From assembly GCA_963771465.1 (NCBI GenBank), contig CAVYTU010000013.1, forward strand, positions 256,001-320,000: DNA of 64,000 nt, given 5' to 3'. Positions 12,141 to 22,347 of the stretch are shown here, in pieces. The notes beneath the pieces were generated by a model. The model had not been told where the DNA came from and searched no databases. It was given only the letters and a program-made list of their open reading frames with translations. Position numbers and translations under genes: made by a program. Position 1 is the stretch's first letter. Each line of letters opens with the position of its first letter. This stretch comes from an uncultured delta proteobacterium. Its GTDB lineage: Bacteria; Desulfobacterota; Binatia; UBA9968.

Positions 12141-13154
12141 TCACTTCGAACGGTTGGGTTTGTCATGGCACAGCGCGCTGCCGCGATCGCTAAAGGGTCG
12201 GCCGGCGACGGCAACGAACTCCCACTCGTAACGGGTTGGGTGAAGGGTAAACTTGATCACGCCATGACTGGTCGTGTCACGTACCTCGCTATGGAGCTTG
12301 ATGGCGCCGATTTTGTATAGCGCGGCGCCGCCGGTGCCGACGACGAAGTGGCGCATGCCGCGCGGATCGGCATTGCCGCCGGTATTCAATCGTCCAAAGC
12401 GTTCGTAAATATGATCGTGGCCGGCGACGGCGACGTCCACGGAGTGGCGGAAAAGAATTTCGACCAGATTTCGCATATGCGGATGGTTGCCGTGATTCTT
12501 GCCCGAGCTGACGAACGGATGATGCCAATAGGCGAGCGTGCAATTGGCGCGATTCGCAGCCAAGTCCTGGCGCAGCCATTGTTCCTGCTCTTTGCCCCAG
12601 GTCGCCGCATTGACGTTGCTGTTGAGCGATAGAATATGCCAGGCGCCGAGATCGTAGCTATAGAAGCCGCGTCCTGGGGGGCCGGCATTGGCGCCGAAGT
12701 ATTTGAAGTAAGGCGCCGCTTGAGCCGATTCGTAATCGTGATTTCCCGGCGCCGGACGGGTGCGCTGGCGATGGCGTCCCCAGCTCGAGCCGTAACACTC
12801 GATAAATTCTTGCGCCGTGCCTCTGGCGTAAGCGTTGTCGCCGGCGGTGAAAACCGTGCCGGGAATCTTGTCCAAAAGTTTCGCCGTCGCTTCCGCCCGG
12901 TCGCTGTCGCAACTGGCGATATCGCCGGCGCCGACTAACACCTGAGATTCAATTTGTGCCGCTTGAACGCTTGCCAGGATCAGGAGCGAAATGATGAAAG
13001 CGCAAATCAAGCCGGGACGGTGCCACGGGGATTTTCCTAGCGAAAAAAACGGGGACCGGGAGGAAAATTCCCAAGTCCCCGTAGTCGCGAGAAACAATTG
13101 CTTCACTCGGTGTTTGCGCTGCCTATCCAGATGGTTTTCTAAGCAAGCTCTCAA
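12141..13154 (-). CDS. Exported calcineurin-like metallophosphoesterase (start uncertain)
   Basis: GDIA, GDNAY, GNHDY, HHP and GHDH metal motifs after a hydrophobic signal-like segment. Confidence 0.85.
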   Translation of the reverse strand: MRACLENHLDRQRKHRVKQLFLATTGTWEFSSRSPFFSLGKSPWHRPGLICAFIISLLILASVQAAQIESQVLVGAGDIASCDSDRAEATAKLLDKIPGTVFTAGDNAYARGTAQEFIECYGSSWGRHRQRTRPAPGNHDYESAQAAPYFKYFGANAGPPGRGFYSYDLGAWHILSLNSNVNAATWGKEQEQWLRQDLAANRANCTLAYWHHPFVSSGKNHGNHPHMRNLVEILFRHSVDVAVAGHDHIYERFGRLNTGGNADPRGMRHFVVGTGGAALYKIGAIKLHSEVRDTTSHGVIKFTLHPTRYEWEFVAVAGRPFSDRGSALCHDKPNRSK

Positions 13155-13222
13155 TAGCTACTGTAATGGTTAGGCGACGATTATTCAAAGCGCTGTGCAT
13201 ACCGATCACGACGTGGCGTCGG

Positions 13223-14491
13223 TCAAGCGACGCGCATCGCGCTTACGGTGGCACGAGATCCCATGCGCGTTGTGCCTAAGTGTTTGGCGCGCGCGACGGC
13301 TTCCTGAATGATCGCGCGGTAACCTTGAACCGCTTTGTCGAGGGAGAAGCGCCGGGCGATTTTCTCCCGCCCGCGCAGACCCAATGCGGCGAGCCGTTGG
13401 GGTTGCGCGAGCAGCTTTAACACCGCGCCGGCAAACCCTTCGGCATCTTCCGGGTCAAACAGCAGGCCGTCATATTTGTCGGTAATCACCTCGGGAACGA
13501 AGCAGCGATTCGACGCCAACACCGGCACACCGGCGGCCATGGAGTCGAACAGCGCCCAGTTGCCGGCGCCTTCGAAGAGCGGAAAGAGAATCACGTCGAG
13601 CGCCTGCACATGTTTGATAAAACTTTCGTGGGCGAGAAAGGGTTTGAAATGAAAAGCTTGATCAGGTAGCGCGCCGGCCGCCAGCACATGCTGCTTGAAT
13701 GACTTGCCGTCGAGATACGACAATTCATTGCCGTAAATCGTCGCCTCGTCGCCGATCACGAGAAAGCGCGCGTCGGGACGGGCGCGGTGAATCGCGCCGG
13801 CGGCGCGATAGAAAATATCGAAGCCGCGCACCGCTTCCAAGGTCCGACCGGCAAATCCGATCAGCGGCGCGGTTTCATCCATGCCCAACGCGCGCCGGAG
13901 CGCGCGCTTGTCGTTGGGCAATGGCGGCAGCGCAAAGCCTTCCGCCTGGACTCGCACTTTAGGCTGTAACTCGCGCGGAAAGAGCCGCTTGGCATGTCGC
14001 GACGGCACGACACAGAGATCGGCGTCAAGCACGCTCGCATGAATCAGCGCCCGCAGCGACGCATCCATCATCGTCTGGGGCGCTTGGGCGGGAAAATCGT
14101 CGCGCGCGAAAACCGGATAATAGCCCGGCAGCTCAACGTAAGCGACCACCGGCACGCCCAAGAGTTGGCGGGCAAAAAATGTGCTGCCGAAGGACGCGTG
14201 GCCGACCACGACGTCGACGCCGGCCGAGTTTTTAATGTGCGCCAACGCTTCGGCCGCCGCCTGGCCGCAGCGAATGCCCTCTTCGAGACACTGTGAAATA
14301 TAGTTGCCGGATAGCGCCGTCGCGCTCTCGCGATAGCCGTAATAGGCCATGGACGGTTGGTCGCGCCGCACCGAATCGGCGAACTCGTCGCGCACCAGAC
14401 AGGCGCAATCCCAACCGGCCATTTCCGCCAAGCCTTGAGCGATCCGGGTAAACTGGTTGGGATGGGACGGATGAACAAAAACAACTTTCAT
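13223..14491 (-). CDS. GT4-family glycosyltransferase
   Basis: Likely start MKVVFVHPSHPNQF at 14491; RTLEAVRGFDIF, DSMAAGVPVLAS, EVITDKYDGLL; the ORF-track extension to 14728 runs through the noncoding repeat. Confidence 0.85.
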   Translation of the reverse strand: MKVVFVHPSHPNQFTRIAQGLAEMAGWDCACLVRDEFADSVRRDQPSMAYYGYRESATALSGNYISQCLEEGIRCGQAAAEALAHIKNSAGVDVVVGHASFGSTFFARQLLGVPVVAYVELPGYYPVFARDDFPAQAPQTMMDASLRALIHASVLDADLCVVPSRHAKRLFPRELQPKVRVQAEGFALPPLPNDKRALRRALGMDETAPLIGFAGRTLEAVRGFDIFYRAAGAIHRARPDARFLVIGDEATIYGNELSYLDGKSFKQHVLAAGALPDQAFHFKPFLAHESFIKHVQALDVILFPLFEGAGNWALFDSMAAGVPVLASNRCFVPEVITDKYDGLLFDPEDAEGFAGAVLKLLAQPQRLAALGLRGREKIARRFSLDKAVQGYRAIIQEAVARAKHLGTTRMGSRATVSAMRVA

Positions 14492-14514
14492 AATCTTTAG
14501 CGAGCCACTTTCAT

Positions 14515-14751
14515 CCCGGATGCCCAGTTGAAATTGAAGCAGCGAGCGAGGCGCGATCCTTCCGTAGTGAAGACAATGGGCCTGTGCCTCTGAGCAGGCA
14601 ATCGACAGGGTTACCCAGCGAGCAATTCTTGGTAGCCATTGGAGCGGCTTGCCAATCCGGCAAGATGACTTTGCAACCGCAGCGTTGGGTGTCTTCACTA
14701 CTCCAGGATCCCGCCTCGACGGAGGCAATTACCTCAACTGCGGAATCCGGG
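14515..14751 (-). ncRNA. Candidate structured RNA, copy A
   Basis: Nested stems (CCCGGAT/ATCCGGG, CAGTTGA/TCAACTG, CGAGGCG.GATCCT/AGGATC.CGCCTCG, GTAGTGAAGACA/TGTCTTCACTAC); homologous to 41785-42021. Confidence 0.7.
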
Positions 14752-14752
14752 T

Positions 14753-17388
14753 TCATTCGCTCAGCCGCTTGGCCTCGGCGATCAACGCGCGGGCGCGGGC
14801 TTCACTGCGCAAGCCGAGGGTGGCCATGACGTCCCGCGGCGCCGCTTTCGCCAGCGCCGGCAAGTCATCGATCCCCGCCGCCGACAGCTTTTTGGCTTGC
14901 GCCGGGCGCAGGCTGGTGATTTGCGCGAAAGGATTGGCCGCCCGCCGGCGCGTGGCGCCACCGGGCCGCGGCGGCACGATGACGGTAGGCGCAGTGACAT
15001 CCCTTATCACTCCGCCACCGCCGCCGACTAACGTCGGCGGCAGTCGCGTGATCGTCGGACCAATGATCGTCGGCCGGGTCACGATGGTCGCCGTGAATGT
15101 TGGAAACGTCGCGGTCAGAGTCGGCACCGTCAAGGTGAGTGTGGGTGTCGTCACGGTCGGCGAAGGTGGCGGCGCGATCAGCCAGAACCACATCTCAAGG
15201 TCGCCGCCGCGCCGGCCATCACCGCTCGGTAGTTTGATATTGGTATTGCCTGCCGCCGCGGTTTGCGTGCCGAACACTTCGCCGTCGAGGTACAAGTCGG
15301 CGTCGCTCTGGGCCCAGATAAAATTACCTTTGAGAGTCAAACGCGCCAGCACGCGCTCGCCGCGCTTGAGCTCGGTCATCATTTGAAACAGCCGCCCAAC
15401 GAGCCACGCGGTGGCCTCGCGGCTCGGCCGCCAGAAGATCGACGCGTTATCGCTGTTGACCTCGGCCTCCAGGTCGAGCTTGGTGAAGCCGATCACGGAT
15501 GAACCCCACAGCTGCATGTCGGCGCTGTTAAACGGGAAGGGCATGTCCAGTGTCACTATGCAGACCGGTTTGTCGCGCACGCTGCCCTGAAATAGATCGC
15601 CGTCGCAGTCGACGCGGATGCCGTTGGCCAATTGGGTCACGGTGACATTGGTATCGTTGAGTAGTGGAGCGTTCGCAACGTTGATGCCTTTGACGTGAAT
15701 CCCCGGCTCGATGCCGCCGGCCTGGGCCAATGCTGCGTTAAAGCGCACCGGCAGATGCGAGCCGTCCGCCAATCGCGCTTCGACCTGCTGGCTTGGGTTG
15801 CTCTGATCCAAAGTCCAGTTGCAAGAAGCGACGCCTAAATTATCGGTGACAATGGTGATGTCGCTGCCATTCGAAGTTCCCGCAGCTAAATTGCCATTGC
15901 CTCCGGTGATGTGAAAATTCACCCGCGCGCCGATCACCGGCCATTTGCCATTGGCCACGCCGACTTGAATCGGCTTTGCTAGCGTCTGCCCGGGCAGCGC
16001 CTCTTGGCCGTCGCCGCTGAGGTAAAACAAACTGATGAGCTCGGTGAGCGGTGGAAATATCGGCCGGCAGTCGGTAATCGTCCCGTTGGTTTCGATGATC
16101 GCGAGTTTGCAAAAGTGATGATGGATGCCGGCGGGAGCGGCTTGATCGAGCTTTTCGATATCGGCATCGGCGGTGCGCGCGGCAAAACACCAGTAGTCGC
16201 CGCTGTGCGCCGCGCCGCCGGCCACGGTGTTGAGAGTCACCTGAATGCCATGCTCCAGGATAAAAGTCGGATCGGCGGCGGTCAGCGGAATCAAGCCATC
16301 GGTGCTGAGATCCAAATTCACCAGACGTCGAGCCATCCGGCCGGCGCACGATGGCCGACTGATCCCAACGAATCACGCGCAAATGATTTTCCGCAATGCG
16401 CCGCGCCTTGGGGAAATTCCGTGGCCGGCAGCGCCGGCGTGAACGTCAAAGTCTGATTCGAATCGTCAACAGTCACTTTGCGCATCTCGCCCGGCAGTCC
16501 GCCAAATTCCCGCAGGTCGCTGGTGATTTCGACCCAATCGCCGGTCTTGAAACGCAGCACGTCATCGCGGCCAAGGCTCTCGACCTTCAAACCGGTTCGT
16601 CCCGGCAGAATTTCGATGATCTGGCCGGCGACGTTGGCGTTCTCACGCGACCACTTGAGCCGCACCGTGGCGCCGCTGACGCTGTGCACTTCAACTCGAT
16701 AGAGATGATTTTCCAAACCGCGATAGCCGCCGCTGGGCGGCACCAGGCAGGGATCGGGTTCGCTTGTCACTGCCACGGTGGCGGTGGTCAGGCGCGCCGC
16801 CGAAGGCAAATTGCCGCTCGGCCAATTGCCGACTTCGGTGAGCGGCGTCTGACAGGTGACGTTGCTGGCAATGTTGCTGAGCAGCTTCACTTGCCAGGCA
16901 GTTTGCTGGCGCGTCGTGGTATCGACGTTGACCGCCGGCTCGATCAATCCGGGCTCCTGCAGGTGGCCGACCTCGCGGCGCCAGACATCCACATAGACCA
17001 GCGAACGGACGGTGCTAGGCGCGCTCACCGGCCCGGCGCCGTAGGGCTGGGCGGCGATCGCCAGCGGCGCGGTGCCGTATTTTTCCTCGAGTGTCGGGTT
17101 GAACGCGCGATTGGCGCCGTGATTTTCGGCGAGATAGCCGTCGACGTAGATGCGTCCCTGGCCGATGGTTAATTGGCCAGCGGAAAGTTGCATCTTGAAC
17201 CCATCGGGAGTTTCGCGCGGCACGCCGCAGCGGCCGACGACGTCGATGGTCTCCGCGCGCCAGCGGCGGTCCAAGAGATCGACGTACTCGTTCCACTCGG
17301 CATCGAGGTCGACTCTTCCCTGTTGTTTGAGTACGCCTTGGTAATGCTTTTCCGGATTGAATCGCTTACGGCTATAGTCACCACTCAT
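14753..17388 (-). CDS. DUF6519-type eCIS tail-fibre-like protein (frameshift near 16390 splits it into two ORFs)
   Basis: MSGDYSR...QQGRVDLDAEWNE, GRIYVDG, YRGLENHLYRVEVH, KWSRENA, then IRWDQ, GDYWCFAARTAD; Ig-like region, Thr/Pro linker, HhH-like end. Confidence 0.8.
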
Positions 17389-17494
17389 GAGATCATCTCC
17401 TTCCCGATGTTAGCAACGCAGCGCAGCGGCTAAGGATTGTCGTGTTGGAATAGTAGGGTGCTGATCCGGCCCTTTCATTACTCCAACCTTGCCG

Positions 17495-19579
17495 CTACGT
17501 CGCATAGAACATTCCCGCCTCAAGTCCAAAGCGCAGATATTCGTCCAGACGGATCTGCAAATTGGTTTGCCGTTGAGGCGCGAACAAATCGTGAAATGCG
17601 CCCATCTCCGACTCGTCATCGGCGCCGGTGGAAATTTCTTTGGGCGCGAAGGAAGCCAATTGGCCGTAGCCGGGTTGACCGTAGCGAAGACTGGTGAAGG
17701 CCGGCCTGACGCGCGCTTGCACCGCTACGGTCATCGCCAATTGCGCCGCTGGGCTAAGACTTCCCTTGGGCTTGTCCGCCGCCGCGATCGCATAGTTGAC
17801 GGCGAGATCCGGCTGGCAGCGATAGCGGCGCGGCACAATCGAATCCAGCGGCAGGATGGAAAAGCGCACGCAGCCCTGTTGGTTCTGATCTGAAATCACC
17901 GCTTGGCTCCAACCATCGCCCGGCGAGCGGGACGCGTGGAAAATCACGTTGGATGCTAAATCCATGCGCGCCGAATGGACTCTGCCGATCACCGTGGAGT
18001 TGGTGATGGCCAGTTTTCCGCCGGGAGAGATTTCATCAGCATGGGAAAAGGCTATCCGTGTCGGCGCCGTCGCATCGATGAGAGAATTGTTGATTTTGAA
18101 TTGAGCTGAGCCATCCGCGCGGATCGCGCCGACGATGCAATGATCGATTTCAACCACGGTGTCAGGCGCGGCGATGATCAGTGCCGGCTGATCCGGCGAT
18201 ACCGGTGCACCGGCGCGCGTGAGCGCCAGACCCGGCACGAGCGTGCAATGGCGCAAGCGCAGCAGCCGCGGTCCCGAACCGCTGCCGGGTGCAACACGCA
18301 GAACGCCGCCGCTGATCAGCAAACCGTTGAGGGTCAACTCCGCGCTCGGGTTGAGCACGACGTTGAGGTCGCCGCTCAATACCCAGGTTGGCCGCCGTTC
18401 ATTGACGGCGCGGATTTCGATATTGGCTGCGGCATTAGCCGTTAGCGTCGGCGTCGTTTCGTAGCGGCCGCTGCTGGCGATTTCGACCACGCCGCCGTTG
18501 GCCACCGAGTTAAACGCGCTCTGAAGATTGCCGCCGTCAGCCACCGTCACGTTGGCCGGACCGGCGATGGCAAAACTGTCGGCGCGCTCGTATTCGCCGC
18601 CGCCGAGCGCCATGCTGAAACCGTATTGAAAAGTTACGCGTAAATTCTGCGGCGGCGCGCCGGGCGGGAAGGCGATGCGGCCGAGCACCGGATCGAGAGA
18701 AATCTTGGTCACCGGCAAATGGGCCCAGCTCGCCCCATGATCGGCAAGATTACAGATGCGAATATTATCCACGCCGGTATCGACGCCGTCGGCTTCGATA
18801 AACAAGCTCAACTGCCGGCCGTAATAACGTTTGAGCTGGCTCTGCAGCACGCGCCGGCTGATCGGCGCCGGCACATTGATCGGCTCGGCGAGATGGCTGA
18901 TGTCGGTTTCACTTTCCGGACGAGTGAACAGTTGCAGATCATTGCCCAAGGGGCTGAACATGAAACGTTCGGCGTCGATGCGAAACGCCGGCGAACGGCT
19001 GAGCGAAAAGGCATCGAGGCGCCAGAGAAACAGTCCGACGTTGGGAATATTGTGACGGCCTTTCTGACTTTCGATACGCCGCGTGTCGACCGAATGAGCC
19101 ATCGTGTCGAAGGCGGTGCCGAGGTTTTCCAGTGCATGCCATCGGCGCAAATCGGGTGTGCCGGCGTGCGCCAAGCGGATATGGTTCATGTGCTGGCAGG
19201 TTCCGAGCCACTGGAAAAATTCCACCGCGCGGGCGTTCCAGCCGGTGACATCGCGCGCCAATTGCTCGAGCATGGTCGCGGTGCCTTTGCGGCGCCGATA
19301 GGCGATCGTGTTGGCGACTTCGGCGCGAGCGCTGACGGTGCGCTCGGTGACGCCATGAATCGGCCGATAGCCGATCAGATCGCCGATATACGGCGCCACC
19401 CATTGGGCGCAGGTCTCGATGAACTGGTCGTCGTACAGCTGGTCGATATTTTCGCGCAGCACCGCGATCTCTTCGGCGATCACGGCGCATAACGCGCGCA
19501 GCGGGTCGCCCTGTTGAGCATCGCGAATCCGATAGAGCGCCGGCAATAGATGGTAAAGTTTTTCCGCTTCGGGATTCAT
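17495..19579 (-). CDS. eCIS baseplate wedge/tail protein
   Basis: LYHLLPALYRIRD, LYDDQFIETC, RAEVANTIAYRRRKGT, C-terminal GADDESEMGAFH...LDEYLRFGLEAG; follows the baseplate genes. Confidence 0.8.
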   Translation of the reverse strand: MNPEAEKLYHLLPALYRIRDAQQGDPLRALCAVIAEEIAVLRENIDQLYDDQFIETCAQWVAPYIGDLIGYRPIHGVTERTVSARAEVANTIAYRRRKGTATMLEQLARDVTGWNARAVEFFQWLGTCQHMNHIRLAHAGTPDLRRWHALENLGTAFDTMAHSVDTRRIESQKGRHNIPNVGLFLWRLDAFSLSRSPAFRIDAERFMFSPLGNDLQLFTRPESETDISHLAEPINVPAPISRRVLQSQLKRYYGRQLSLFIEADGVDTGVDNIRICNLADHGASWAHLPVTKISLDPVLGRIAFPPGAPPQNLRVTFQYGFSMALGGGEYERADSFAIAGPANVTVADGGNLQSAFNSVANGGVVEIASSGRYETTPTLTANAAANIEIRAVNERRPTWVLSGDLNVVLNPSAELTLNGLLISGGVLRVAPGSGSGPRLLRLRHCTLVPGLALTRAGAPVSPDQPALIIAAPDTVVEIDHCIVGAIRADGSAQFKINNSLIDATAPTRIAFSHADEISPGGKLAITNSTVIGRVHSARMDLASNVIFHASRSPGDGWSQAVISDQNQQGCVRFSILPLDSIVPRRYRCQPDLAVNYAIAAADKPKGSLSPAAQLAMTVAVQARVRPAFTSLRYGQPGYGQLASFAPKEISTGADDESEMGAFHDLFAPQRQTNLQIRLDEYLRFGLEAGMFYAT

Positions 19580-22347
19580 TGGACTCCACTCAATTGGTTA
19601 AGCGAACTTTCATCGAGCAGCAAAAGCTCGGCGCTCTCCACCAAGCCGTCGGCGCCCATGGCCGGCTGCTTGGCGATGAGACGAGCCTGCGACGGCGGTT
19701 CGGTGTCATCGTTGCGGTAAAAATTGTCGATATCGACGGCGATGACACCGGCAACGGATTGAATGACGGCGATCACTTCGCTCAACGCCACCGGCTGGCC
19801 GAACTGCCGCACCTCGAACGCATAAGCGCTGCGCAACGCGGCGTTAACCGCGCCCATCACCGTGGCCAGGACATGATCGGAATCGATCGTCACCTTGCCG
19901 TGGGCTTGAAACAACACCTTGCGAAAATTCTTAATCGCAAAGGCGACGTAAGGATCGCCGTAGGTTCTGAGCGCGTCTTTGAGCTGGGTGATGACGGCGC
20001 CTTGTTCGTCGAGATCGGCGCCGTCGGGACCGGCGACGGTGATGAACACCACGCGCTTGCGGCCGTCCCAGACCCACACCGCTTGCGCCTTGGCGACGCC
20101 GGCGAAGGTGCGCGTGAAGTCTTCATAATCTTGCAGCGATACGGCACGATCGAGAGTCAACACCGTGAGCGGCGCGTTTTTGCGCGCGTCGTCGCGCGAT
20201 TCGGCGTCCTCGGCCCCTTGTGAGGCTTCCGGGTTGACGACTTCTTTCAATCCCAGGGGACGCGACACTAGCTGGCTGATCTGTTGAGCGTCGACGAGAC
20301 CGGCGCTGCCGCTGCCCTTGCGGTATTCGGCGCGGACGTTGTTTTGTCCGGTGGGCAGGCGCGCGCCGCTGATACCGTCGCCGAATTGAATCGTGGTTTT
20401 GCCGTCATCGTCGCGCCGCGCCACGTAGAGATGCTCGTCGGCGCCGCGCCCGTAGAAAAACGGCGCCTCATGCCATAGCACATCGTTGACGTAAATTTTG
20501 AGCGTCGACGCCGAACCGCTCGGCGTGTCCGCGCTGACATAGGTGAGCGGCGGCTGGCGCAGCGTGAATCTTTGAAAAGGGATTGTCGCGTCGCCGCTGC
20601 CGAGAACTTCCTTGACGCTTTCACCGTGGGTCGCGGCGGCGACGTTGGCGTTGAGCCGCACCGTGGCGCGCTCGTAAACGTAAGCCAACGGCTCGGCCAA
20701 CTGAATCGTCGTGCGGTCGCGGTCATCGGTCACGGCGGTCGTCGGTTCATCGTCGATGAATGCGATCTCGCTGACGCTGTCGTCGTTGGCGCCGGCCGGT
20801 TCGAGGTTGAATGCGATGGGTAATAAATTGATCGTGCCGGCCACGCCGTCGCGGTCAATTAACTCAAAGCGCAACAACGGCGCCGGGCTGTCGTTCAATA
20901 CCGCGTCAAACTCCGCCGGCGTCAGCGCGTGCGCTACGCCGCCGATCATTTTTTCCGGCGGCTTGGCGATGGTGAGAACATCGTCGGCCTCCAGCAGGCG
21001 CGAACCGCCGGCGCTGAGAATTAAAACGGGATTGAGCGCCTTTTCGCTGATGCGCAGCCGCTGGCGCTTGCCGGTTACCGCGATGGGCCGCCCGGCGACG
21101 AGCCCTTCAACGCGCACATCGAGCGCCAGCTCGGTGCCGTAGACGGGGTAGGTGAGCGGACGCTTGGCGATCGCCAGTTCTTCGCTCTGCGCTGCGATCG
21201 TCATGCCGCGCAGCAGCGCGAGATCGGCGCCGTCATGCTTCACCCATGGCGTGCTTAAGCTCAGGCGCGTGCCGTTGCCTGCGATGCCGTACTTGGCGAG
21301 CGAGAGATGGCTGACGCTGTCCACCTTGGAAAAGATCCACTGCCGAGACGTGCCGGCGGCATTGTCCTGTTCGATCACCAGCCAACTGCCGGCGAGAATT
21401 TTCTCGTGGCGCGCGCTCAAAGTGATTTTGCCGACAGGTTCATCGTGCAGCGCCCACTCGGTAAAACTATTCAGGAATATGCCGTCTTTGTAATCCGGCT
21501 TCTTCGGCGCGTTGTGACCGAAAGGCGACGCCGACGTGCGCATCACCCAAACGCCGGGCTTATCGGCGGTCACGGTGACCGCTGCCGATGAAATCGCCAC
21601 CAGATTCACTTTCGTACGATTGGCGTCGGCGTCGGGCTCAATTTTGCTGACGCGCCGAAGCGAGGCCTGCTTAATGGCGCCTGCGGCGGCGATGATCAGC
21701 AACGAATCGCCGATGTTTAAATTCAGGCCCGCTCCTTCAAGCCACGCCTCGGTGCTGTTCCAGGCTAAAGCTTGCGCTTCGGTCAGCTGCGCGGCGATGG
21801 CGTTCCATTGGTGGCGCGCGGTGATTTCTTCGCTGGTTTCAAAAGTTTGCGCTTCTTCATCCGGTCCCGGTACGCTTTGCGCCTTGGTGCCGATGGCAAG
21901 AGTCAATGACCGCGCCGCCAGTTGCGGCGCACCGGGAGAATCCTCCAGGGTAAACGCAAGATGGGTGCTGGCCGCCAGGCCGGGCGCCAGTTGATAACCG
22001 ATCAGGCGCGCCTGTTCGAGGATCGACAAGCGCTCGTTCGCCGTGCGCAAATAGGACTCGTTGGCGATGCGTTCTTGATAGAAGCTCAGCACGTCGCCAA
22101 CCACCGCCCAGGCGTCGAGCAAGGCGACGGTAAAATCGTCCGGCTCGCGGCTTCGAAGCTGACCCAGCGCCGGCCACCGCGTGTCCGAAAGCCGCGCCAG
22201 CATGCTGCGTTTAAACGTCGCATGGGTTCCGACCCGATAGGCGAGGGCGGCCAGTCCTGGCCGGCTGCTGAGCGCTAGTGGCGTTTGCACAGCGACGCCG
22301 GCGCAACAGGCGCAATCATTTAAATCGATGTGCGTGAATGGACTCAT
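19576..22347 (-). CDS. eCIS baseplate J-like protein (Afp11/12-like)
   Basis: YQERIANESYLRTA, FGDGISGARLPTG, RAVSLQDYEDF. Confidence 0.85.
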   Translation of the reverse strand: MSPFTHIDLNDCACCAGVAVQTPLALSSRPGLAALAYRVGTHATFKRSMLARLSDTRWPALGQLRSREPDDFTVALLDAWAVVGDVLSFYQERIANESYLRTANERLSILEQARLIGYQLAPGLAASTHLAFTLEDSPGAPQLAARSLTLAIGTKAQSVPGPDEEAQTFETSEEITARHQWNAIAAQLTEAQALAWNSTEAWLEGAGLNLNIGDSLLIIAAAGAIKQASLRRVSKIEPDADANRTKVNLVAISSAAVTVTADKPGVWVMRTSASPFGHNAPKKPDYKDGIFLNSFTEWALHDEPVGKITLSARHEKILAGSWLVIEQDNAAGTSRQWIFSKVDSVSHLSLAKYGIAGNGTRLSLSTPWVKHDGADLALLRGMTIAAQSEELAIAKRPLTYPVYGTELALDVRVEGLVAGRPIAVTGKRQRLRISEKALNPVLILSAGGSRLLEADDVLTIAKPPEKMIGGVAHALTPAEFDAVLNDSPAPLLRFELIDRDGVAGTINLLPIAFNLEPAGANDDSVSEIAFIDDEPTTAVTDDRDRTTIQLAEPLAYVYERATVRLNANVAAATHGESVKEVLGSGDATIPFQRFTLRQPPLTYVSADTPSGSASTLKIYVNDVLWHEAPFFYGRGADEHLYVARRDDDGKTTIQFGDGISGARLPTGQNNVRAEYRKGSGSAGLVDAQQISQLVSRPLGLKEVVNPEASQGAEDAESRDDARKNAPLTVLTLDRAVSLQDYEDFTRTFAGVAKAQAVWVWDGRKRVVFITVAGPDGADLDEQGAVITQLKDALRTYGDPYVAFAIKNFRKVLFQAHGKVTIDSDHVLATVMGAVNAALRSAYAFEVRQFGQPVALSEVIAVIQSVAGVIAVDIDNFYRNDDTEPPSQARLIAKQPAMGADGLVESAELLLLDESSLNQLSGVQ

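Noticed and set aside
14515-14751. Element as SRP RNA, 6S RNA, tRNA, c-di-GMP-II or cobalamin riboswitch
   Set aside because: GAAGCAGC is present but without the SRP CAGG-GNRA hairpin; there is no cloverleaf, and the riboswitch consensus blocks are not in the right order. Rfam search is still required.
14511-14756. Similar small ORFs over both repeat copies (…PMATKNCSLG…CLLRGTGPLS; also in 41678-41998)
   Set aside because: Substitutions are mostly non-synonymous, starts differ, a 5-nt indel breaks the frame, and changes track base-pairing; better explained as RNA structure.
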